DNA of 62,948 nucleotides, the filler included, from Octopus bimaculoides (taxonomy: Eukaryota), in the NCBI RefSeq assembly GCF_001194135.2. It is 3 parts of 3 records of this genome, joined end to end, with 100 filler letters (N's around TTAATTAATTAA, not from the genome) between each part and the next. Parts side by side here need not be neighbours in the genome. Positions count along the whole stretch, not along the records: positions 47,408 to 62,948 come from NC_068992.1; 2 more parts are not named here. One strand, 5' to 3'. Every line of letters begins with the position of its first letter. Positions within the stretch are counted from its first letter, which is position 1. The translations under genes and the position numbers were made by a program. The notes under the pieces were generated by a model. The model was not told the origin of the DNA. It saw only the letters and a list, made by a program, of their open reading frames with translations, and did no database searches. This document shows positions 53,652-62,948 of the stretch, in pieces.

Positions 53652-53724
53652 CCTCTCTCGGCAATCTCAGACATCGATGTTTCAAGTTTATTGACTCTTG
53701 TCGATGAGATGTACTTAAGAGAGG
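53652..53724 (-). ncRNA. U3:A8 hammerhead, copy 2 (U4C change)
   Basis: ATCTCA-TCGACAA-GAGT-CAATAA-ACTT-GAAA-CA-TCGA-TG-TC-TGAGAT. Confidence 0.75.
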
Positions 53725-54068
53725 CAACCCTGAATGAAATGATAAAGCTTATAGATTTATATATAATTAATCCAACACATTGACTGAATCCATGAGCGAG
53801 GGTGACACTGAACAAACGGTGTGTCTTCACACCTTTTTACCATAAGAGAGATTTTTTTCTCCATGGTAACTGCAGTGTATTTGCCTTTAACAGTTGAAAT
53901 ATATGACAAATATATTTCAACTAACCTAAATTGTGATTATATGTAAACACTGCTTAGCGTAAATGCACTGATATTTTTCTCGATCGGACGATCTACTAGC
54001 GCAAATCAGTCAATGTGTTGGCTGAATTATATATAAAGCTATAAGCTTTATCAGTTCATTCAGGGTTG

Positions 54069-54140
54069 CCTCTCTTAGGCATATCTCATTGACAAAGTCA
54101 ATAAACTCGAAACATCAATGTCTGAGATTCCTGAGAGAGG
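54069..54140 (+). ncRNA. U3:A8 hammerhead, copy 3 (G10.1 deleted)
   Basis: ATCTCA-TTGACAA-AGT-CAATAA-ACTC-GAAA-CA-TCAA-TG-TC-TGAGAT. Confidence 0.75.
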
Positions 54141-54374
54141 GCAAAACTGAATGAACAGGGTGTTTCCACACCTTTTTACCATAAGAGAGATTTTTTTCTC
54201 CACGGTAACTGAAGTGTATTTGCCTTTAGCAGTTGAAATATGTGACAAACATATTTCAACTAACCTAAATTGTGAATATACTACTATATATATACTAATA
54301 AATTCAGGCCATGACAGACAGATAGGATGTTCTTGAAGCCTAGAATTTTAAACTTATGGAAACAATATTTACAT

Positions 54375-54480
54375 ATCACCTGAAGAAACACAACTAGATC
54401 TCAAAATGCAAGGAAACTGTTGTATGATCAAGTTCTTGCACACCTGGAGAACTACGTTGCATCGAAACAATTGTACTGAT
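54375..54480 (+). ncRNA. Hammerhead-like motif with long stem II, partly decayed
   Basis: ATCAC-CTGAAGA-[77-nt hairpin: CAAC/GTTG, TAG/CTA, TCTC/GAGA, TGCAAG/CTTGCA]-GAAAC-AATT-GTA-CTGAT. Confidence 0.55.
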
Positions 54481-55194
54481 TGAAAAATAAATATCCAACT
54501 GTACCCCTTCTTGTTGACTCCAATTTCTTCAATTCAGCCTCGCCGACACCTCCTATTTTGCTCTGGTTCATAACACTTTACTTAGTGCTCACTATTCTGT
54601 GTCTCATTACAATATCGCCAAATTCATTTCAGTTGTCCATTACGATGTCAAATTCATTCAGTTATTCAAGTTATTCAATTCCAATTTTTATTTTTATCAC
54701 ACAGGCACTTATCTTAATAATTCTGTTCAATTTTAATTTTTATCACACAGTCACTTATCTCTATAATTCGGTCTTAGATTAGCCGAATCCTCCCTCGTGT
54801 TCTAGACCTAATCCCTCTATGATTCTATTACTACCATTTGCTCAAACTATGTGACAGAAATCTCTAAAGAATATTCTCTTCCTATCTCCCTCGTGTTAAT
54901 GGCCTAAACCTCTGCATTATTCTGTCTNNNNNNNNNNNNNNNNNNNNNNNNNNNNNNNNNNNNNNNNNNNNNNNNNNNNNNNNNNNNNNNNNNNNNNNNN
55001 NNNNNNNNNNNNNNNNNNNNNNNNNNNNNNNNNNNNNNNNNNNNNNNNNNNNNNNNNNNNNNNTGGAAGTTCCTATTTACTCCACCAGTACCGGAAGTTC
55101 CTATACTCTCCACTCATACCGTAAGTCCCTGGCAGTCTCCCATGAACACTTCTAATGGCCTCACACCACCCCTACCCCCATTTGGCGTTTATCT

Positions 55195-58100
55195 CCCGTG
55201 TAAGGTAGCGAACATATAGTGCAAAATATTGTGTAGTGGATGCTGCTGGATGCAAATGACCTTATGGTTTGCAATACTAACTTCAGGAAACCTGCCAGTC
55301 ACCTAGTCACCTACCGTTCTGGCAGGCACACTAGCCAAATTGACTACATCCTCGCCAGAAAAAGGGAAATATGGCTGCTTATAAATGCCAAAACCTTCCC
55401 AGGCGAAGAATGAAACCTACAACATAGACTAGTAGTTAGTGACGTCAGAATCAGGGCTAAGTGGTTGCCCAGAAGACGACCAGCTTGGAGAAGGGTCTGG
55501 AAGCTCAAAGATCCTGCAAATGGACAGAAATTTAGAGACTTATTACTCGAAGCCTTTGACGAAATAGATGGGGATGTAGCTTCACACAATGTAGCTTCAC
55601 ACAATGTAGCAGACAACTGGACGTTACTACGGGACAATCTGCTGAGGGCAACTGATCAGATCTGTGGATGGTGCAAAGCCCCCACTCGACCCAAATTAAC
55701 GTGGTGATGAAACAATGTTGTTGACAGGGCGATTAGACAAAAGAAACAGGCTTGGAAGGACTGGAAAACCGGTGGTAGCAGGGAATTGTATCAGACTGCC
55801 AAAAGGGAAACTAAGCAACAGGCTTATTTAGATAGAGGGGAAGCAGATAAGAAAAAGTTTGCCAATGTTGTGCGCCGTGAGGACCAAAGCCTTGAGGTAT
55901 TTCATGTTGAAAGACAGTGTGTGAGAGAAACGTGTTCGCATGGATAATGGTACGCTTACACTAAATGAGGCTGCAAAGAAAGAGGTTTGGAGACGCCACT
56001 ATGAAAGGTTGCTCAATAAAGAGAATGAATGGGAGGAAGAGAGTCTGCTGAATGTCAACCCAACAAAGTGACCAGCGATTCGAGTTGACAGTACCATGGT
56101 AGATAAAGCTATTATGAGTATTAAGACAGGGAAAGCCCCCAACCCATCAGGAAACACTGCAGAGATGCTCAAAATATCTGGCAGTGTAGGCTATAGCCTA
56201 ATCAACCATATTGTTAACCAGGTGATACATGAAGGAGTCATACACAATGACTGGTGTAGCAGAACCATAGTCAACTGCTACAAAGGTAAAGGTGATGCTT
56301 TAGATACAAGTAATTACAAAGGTAAAGGTGATGTTTTAGACACAAACAATTACAGAGGTATCAAGTTGTTAGATCAGGTAATGAAGGTCACGGAGAGGGT
56401 CATAGCCCAAATAATTAGGGAGAGAGTCAGTTTAGATGAGATGCAGTTTGGGTTTGTGCCAGGGAAAAGCACCACTGATGCTATATTTCTGGTAAGACAG
56501 TTGCAGGAGAAATACCTAGCCAAAGATAAACCTCTGTACCTGGCTTTCGTTGACATGGAGAAAGCCTTTTGACAGGGTTCACTGATCCCTTATCTGGTGG
56601 TCACTGAGGAAAGTAGGGATAGAAGAATGGTTAGTGAGAGTTGTGCAAGCCATGTACAGAGACGCTGTCAGTAAGGTGAGGGTTGGCAACGAGTACAGTG
56701 AAGAAATCCAGGTGGAGGTAGGAGTCCACTAAGGTTCAGTCTCAGCCCCCTCCTATTTATCATAGTCCTCCAGGCGATAACAGAGGAATTCAAGACAGGA
56801 TACCCCTGGGAGCTCCTCTATGCTTATGACCTTGCACTAATTGCTGAGTCACTATCAGAATTAGAGAAGTTTCAGATGTGGAAGCAAGTCTAGAATCGAA
56901 GGGCCTTAGAGTTAACCTAGCTGAAACCAAAGTCCTAATAAATAGAAAAATAGACAAACCACAAACCCCTTTAGGTAGATGGCCCTGCTCAATCTGTAGA
57001 AAAGGCATAGGTAGAAACTCTATAAGATGTTCCCAGTGCAATCTATGGACACGTAAGAGGTGCAGCAATATCAAAGGAAGGTTAACTAGGAAGTTAGCTT
57101 TTGTATGTGGCAGATGTTCAGGAGCAATAAACACTCAAAATGTGCAGAAAACAACTTTTCCCACATTCCAGGGAGAAAAACTAGACTAATTTGATAGTTT
57201 CTGCTATCTAGGTGTCCAAGTTAGTAGTGGGGTAGGGTGCACTGAAAGTGTAGCTGCTAGAATAAGAATACCCTGGGCAAACTTCAGAGAACTCTTACTT
57301 CTGCTGGTGACAAGGGGCCTCTCACTCAGAGTAAAAGGCAGACTGTATGACGCATGTGTACGAACAGCCATGCTTCATGGCAGTGAAACATGGGCCGTGA
57401 CTGCTGAGGACATGCGTAGGCTCAAAAGGAATGAAGCCAGTATGCTCCGATGGATGTGTAATCTCAGTGTGCATACTAGACAGGGTGTAAGTATTTGAGA
57501 GAAAAGTTGAACCTGAGAAGCATCAGTTGTGGTGTGCAAGAGAGACGATTGTTCTGGTATGGTCATGTGGCAAGAATGAATGAGCATAGCTGTGTCAAAA
57601 AGTGCCACACTCTAGCAGTTGAGGGAACCTGTGGAAGAGGTAGGCCCAGGAAGGCCTGGGATGAGGTGGTGAGGCACGACCTTCGAACATTGGGCCTCAC
57701 TGAGGTGATGACTTCTGACCGAGGCCTTTGGAAATATGCTGTGCGTGAGAAGACCCGGCAAGTCAAGTGAGACCATACTCCAAGGCCTCTGCCAGGGGTG
57801 TAGCCAACCCACTTATGCGTACCTTTCCTTTATTGGACAGTAAACTCCACTTGTGAAGACCTGTTGAGGCAAGCAAAATCAAAATCGAACTAAATTCGAT
57901 GACTGGCACCCATGCCAACGTTGTCTCCTTCATTGGACACGAAACTCGGCTTGTGAAGACCTGTTGGAGCAAGCGACAGCGAAATCGTGATGGCACCTGT
58001 GCCCAGCGTCGCCTTTCTGGCACTTGTGCTGGTGGCACATGTAAAGACATTCAAGCGAGATCGTTACTAGTGCCACGGGACTGGCTTCTGTCCAGGTGGC

Positions 58101-58338
58101 TCGTAAAATACACCATTTTGAGCGTGGCTGTTGCTAGTACCGCCTGACTGGCCTACGTGCCGGTGGCATGTAAAAGCACCCACTACACTCTCAGAGTGGT
58201 TGGCATTAGGAAGGACATCCAGCTGTAGAAATTCTGCCAAATCATATTGGAGCCTGGTGTAGCCATCTGGTTCACCAGTCCTCAGTCAAATCGTCCAACC
58301 CATGCTAGCATGGAAAGCAGACGTTAAACGATGATGAT
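55195..58338 (+). mobile_element. RTE-clade LINE, 5'-truncated and inactivated
   Basis: APE end (SQIDYILARK); RT (NYRGIKLLD, QFGFVPGKSTTDAIF, LAFVDMEKAF, ELLYAYD); Cys-rich insert (WPCSICRKG...FVCGRC); 3' UTR ending in (GAT)n. Multiple stops and frameshifts. Confidence 0.95.
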
Positions 58339-58339
58339 G

Positions 58340-58600
58340 TAAGTGAAACAGCATGGAGCATAGGGGGAGCGGGTAAATGAAACATTGGAGGGAACTTAAG
58401 GAAGAGAAGAGCTCATCAGTTCTGTACCAGCATGCTGAGCAGGAACATGGAGGCTCACTCAACAACATAGAAATTAAAATCTTATCCACACATAGCACAG
58501 ACGCAGCACTTAGACAAATTACAGAAGCAACACACATAATAGAAGATAAACCTAGCCTGAATAGGAAACTGGAATGGAACACTAACGCACACCCCTAACA
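58340..58600 (+). mobile_element. Penelope-like GIY-YIG C-terminal fragment, third type
   Basis: HWRELKEEKSSSVLYQHAEQEHGG...DAALRQITEATHI...LNRKLEWN. Confidence 0.65.
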
Positions 58601-59824
58601 AACCACAACATATGACAATAAATTCCCCATAAACCGATAACAATATGAACAAAATATAATACAATACATAGATAAACAAATGGAATTAAATACTACATAT
58701 GTTCACAAAATTAAATTAAATACANNNNNNNNNNNNNNNNNNNNNNNNNNNNNNNNNNNNNNNNNNNNNNNNNNNNNNNNNNNNNNNNNNNNNNNNNNNN
58801 NNNNNNNNNNNNNNNNNNNNNNNNNNNNNNNNNNNNNNNNNNNNNNNNNNNNNNNNNNNNNNNNNNNNNNNNNNNNNNNNNNNNNNNNNNNNNNNNNNNN
58901 NNNNNNNNNNNNNNNNNNNNNNNNNNNNNNNNNNNNNNNNCTGGCCAAAATAGGATTAATGTAATGTAATATAAAGCTGAAGCAAATTAACACCAAATAT
59001 ACAGTGCGTGTGTTTTTATTGGCTAAACTGGCAATATGACTATCCCCAAGTACAACAACATATATATATATAACACTCAGGTTTGAGAGGTAAGTTCAGT
59101 AAAAGGTTTAGATTTAGATTCAAAATTGAATATGGTACTTATGTATAGGCACCAGAATATAGTATGGTATGGTATTATACAAAAACCATTCCAAAAACGA
59201 GGTGATCAAAAAATCAAAATAAGCAACACGGATTTTAAAGATGATTGCAGTACGCACGTTTCATGCTACTCCATTTATTTAAGTAATGCGAGCATTACAT
59301 TAAATGCAATATGTAGAGCAATCTTCAGCTACACGAAAATGTAAAAAATTACAGTAGAATAGACATATTATAATTGTGGCAACATTTCAAATCCAAGTGA
59401 GAAGAAGAATACATAAAAATCCATCTTGACATAGCCAAGGCTATCAGGCTAGTAATTGGTTCTAGGCAGAAATTCTAACTGTCTCTGATTTTATTGTCTC
59501 TTATCTAGTAGTTATAGTATAAGGGACAATCACTTCTAAGGAAAGGGAAGGTGTAAGCATTATGCATGGACATGGCTATAAAGGATATGGTTATAAGTGT
59601 GAACGCTAAACTTCCTTGTTTGAAAACATAAGAATACTGTGTGTCATACAGCCAGTTGGAGACGATGTTTCCTGGAACTAAATAACAGTAACAACCATCC
59701 TAACTAGGACTGTTGCATTATGTCGGCAAATAATCTTTACTCTAGAGTACTGTTACTGAATCTCTCTTGTTCAGAGGTTTAGAAATAATCATTTTCTATT
59801 TATATTATCCTTTTCTATATACAT

Positions 59825-61330
59825 ATACTAGCAGTATAACCCGACCTTGTCCGGGTGTGACTTATTACGCCATCTACAAGTCTTGCTAGGTGAAAATCAA
59901 CTAAAAAAGAAAACCTTACAACGAAAAAACCCTTATGATGTAAATATGTTCATAATTCAAAAGATGATGAAATTAATAGGGAAAGTCTGAAGGCTGTTTT
60001 GCGTAACATTATTAAGCGTACATAAATTTCATATGTCTAATTGGCTATAGAAATGCTTGAGCAAAACAACTTTTTACACTGCCCTGATTATACATAGCAG
60101 GGTAATCCCTTTTCGCAGGAACTAGGACGGCAATTTCTCATGAAGCAATTGCTGGCGATCTGTTGCTACACAGTTTTGCCAGAATTCTATCAGATTGGGC
60201 AGATGTTGATGCACCATTTTCAATTATGTTCAAAGTAGTTTCTGGAATATGGTGAATTGCTACAGTCTGTTGCTGTCATTTTAAACTGGTTGCTGTCTTT
60301 CCCCAGCAAACTCTCTTCTTTGGAGGCATAATCTACATATATATTAAACAGAACAACAAAAGTTATAATAGATGGCAGGGCCGGTACTTTTCACATATCT
60401 GCACGATTACCCAACCCTAATCCTAAACCTAATCCTAACACTAACCCTAACACTAACCCTAAACCCTAACCCTAAAACCCTAACCCTAACCCTAAAACCG
60501 TAACCCTAACCGTAACCCTAAACCCTAACCCTGACCCTAAAACCCTAACCCTNNNNNNNNNNNNNNNNNNNNNNNNNNNNNNNNNNNNNNNNNNNNNNNN
60601 NNNNNNNNNNNNNNNNNNNNNNNNNNNNNNNNNNNNNNNNNNNNNNNNNNNNNNNNNNNNNNNNNNNNNNNNNNNNNNNNGAGTTATATTTTACTGAATG
60701 ATTGTGTACTTGCACGTGTATGCATTTGAGAGAGCGAGAGAGGAAGAGGTAGAGAGAGGGGGAGAAAGGAATAGAGGTAGTTAAAAGTTTTCTTATGACG
60801 GCTTCTCTTCACTGCCTATTACTTCATTAGAAATCTAAGGATGCACATAAGCACATAATAGAGAAAGATGAAACAAATATGGACGACTTGCTCCGAAACA
60901 CCACCGAGTGGGGAACACTTCTCAAAAATAACCTGCAGTTGTTTCCTTCAAAATTCTTACATGCTTGAAATGTACATACATCAAGGCATATTTGTAGAAA
61001 TTTTCACGTAAAAATATTCATTTTCATGGAAGTTAAGAGGAATTTAAGTGAAATTTCCGAAAACTGTCCCCTACCCCCTCCCAAAACACTTTCACCGAAA
61101 ATTTTTGTATATTCGGAATCTACATAATAAATAATATATGCATAGAAAATTTCATAAAAAAATATTCACTTTTATGAAAGTTATGACCTTCCAAAGTTGG
61201 GGGATACAACTCTGTAGTTATGCCACATTGACGAACATGAGTGAATGATTGTGTTTACTTGCACGTGTATACATTTAAGAGAGCGAGAGAGGAAGAGGGG
61301 GAGAAATGAATAGAGAACGAGAGCAATGTG
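59825..61330. mobile_element. Helitron/Helentron-like non-autonomous remnant (tentative)
   Basis: ATACTAGCAG end with a CCCG..CGGG hairpin at 59840-59855; internal (TAACCC)n; ~80-bp direct repeat at 60695 and 61240. Confidence 0.35.
60411..60552. repeat. Interstitial degenerate telomere-like (TAACCC)n array, running into a gap
   Basis: Read directly; includes TAAACCC, TAACAC and TAACCG variants. Confidence 0.9.
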
Positions 61331-61639
61331 TATATTGTTGTCACAGGTCACGTATGTGTAGTTGTGTGTGTTGTTACGTATCTATGTTATGAAAAATAGG
61401 TAAAGAATACCGAGATGAAAGTTTAATCTATGACTATGTATGTATCACTTTATCTCTCTCTCCCTTTCCCTCTTTTACTCTTACTCTCTATATTTTTATG
61501 TTGAGCGCGTGTGTAAGAACTGCTGTGTATGTGCACTAAGTTTTAACATTTTTACTCACTTCTGTTTTCATCAGTGTTGAAAAAATGGTGTGTAGCATGT
61601 GATCGTTGTATTGACCATGATAGAGAAAGCTGACGTAGT

Positions 61640-61755
61640 GATACCTGCTCAGAAGCCTACACACAGTTGCAGAAAGTGTCTAGCGAGGGATGTATGAGCT
61701 GCACCCAAGTGTATAAGTGGTTCAGACCTTTCCAAGATGGCCAAAAAAATGTTGA
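61640..61755 (+). mobile_element. mariner N-terminal HTH remnant
   Basis: YTQLQKVSSEGCMSCTQVYKWFRP and FQDGQKNVE. Confidence 0.65.
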
Positions 61756-62948
61756 GTTGCAGTTGATATTTAGTAATGAAAGTTGCCTATTTATTTAATC
61801 TTTGCTGTACTGAGGTGTTCTGTGATAAATATCATCCACAACTCAACATGAACACACAACATAATACAGGACACTACTAACCATACCAATAATACCACTA
61901 ATTTCCATACATCCCATACACCATTCATATTACAGGATTTATATCTATCTCAATTGCATCACTTCTAGAACCGCTTACCTCCCTTGCATGTAATCTTTTC
62001 ACTCAGGGACTATTAGACCCAATACCATTTGGAAATCGGTGTTCATTCAAAGTCAGTGAACAGGTTTTGACAATACCAGTATGACTTTGAATTTCTTTAA
62101 TAATTCATAATAATGACTTTTATACCTCTTAATTCTACCTCAGTTCATCTAACTGTATATATATATGTATATATAGCAAATTAATTTGGGGACTTAAAGA
62201 CAACAACATAAATTTAACTTAGACTGGCTAATTCTCTCCACACCTATACCATACGATAAAGGTAGGAAATTTTGCCCATTATGCAATACGGAACTGTTCT
62301 TCATTTTATTCTCGAAGAATAAACTGGTGAATATGTTCATCGAAAATGCATACAGATGTAAACACTAGCAACCCCATGTATTTTCTTCATATAGATAAAC
62401 CATACTAATCTATATAACGTAGACAACTCACCTATTCATCTATTAGTTTCTCAAATAATTCAAGCGCTACAAGTTAATTATACCTTTATATGCATAAAGG
62501 TATGGTTGACTTGTTTCGCTTGATATATGTTATCTAAACACTCTCTATTTTTTTAACCCAAATTAGGACACCCAGAACATCTGTAAAAATGTACTCAAAC
62601 ATTACTTTCAGTTCAACTTAACATAAACATTACTTCCAACGATGTTCAATACGTTGTGCTCCAATAACCTTATTCCTTTGATTTCATGGCTCTTTCGTAC
62701 ATCCATATCATTCGTTTGCTGCTTTCACTTTCTTCAGCAAAGATAGGAGTTATTTATCCTGTTTAGGTTATATTAGTGGCATTATTCTGCATCTCAGAAT
62801 TTTATTTGTCTTCTTTAACTTTCTTAGACATATCTAAGATTCTGAAAGCAATCTTAGTTCATTTGTTTACGTTCATCGTAAGATGAATTCAAAACATATA
62901 AATATTTTCTTCTCTCTGCTTCATGACGTATAAAATAGTGCACCACAT

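Larger units (their letters stand above)
53152..54277. repeat. Retrozyme-like array: two ~328-bp tandem monomers joined head-to-head to ~1.5 inverted monomers
   Basis: Copy offsets 327-329 bp; inversion junction at ~53788-53794; both outer ends in TA-rich sequence. Confidence 0.9.

Overview
AT-rich, microsatellite-saturated eukaryotic scaffold with many N-gaps. The SINE families and overall texture point to an octopus genome (inference). Nearly all supplied ORFs are microsatellite or gap artefacts. I can support one host coding exon: the first coding exon of a claudin/PMP22-like membrane protein gene (minus strand, 43407-43875) with a TATA box. Its downstream exons were not found. The rest is decayed mobile DNA: tRNA-derived SINEs, RTE and R4/Dong LINEs, Penelope-like (PLE) RT and GIY-YIG fragments, mariner/Tc1/pogo/hAT remnants and Helitron-like pieces. 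The main unexpected signal is a dense set of hammerhead ribozyme (HHR) motifs from several families, folded by eye. (1) A ~328-bp tandem retrozyme-like repeat at 53.15-54.28 kb carries a fully formed type I HHR with a compensatory U3:A8 core. (2) A decayed ~302-bp relative lies at 12.9-13.5 kb. (3) A ~150-bp element carries a minimal HHR with a compensatory G3:C8 core (25.3 kb and 47.1 kb). (4) A TSD-flanked, tRNA-headed element carries minimal HHRs (34.1-34.5 kb). (5) Further PLE-type motifs lie at 5.7, 51.1 and 54.4 kb. Several of these sit in inverted-repeat arrangements. All RNA structures were derived manually; none was checked by folding software, database search or experiment, so novelty is unverified.
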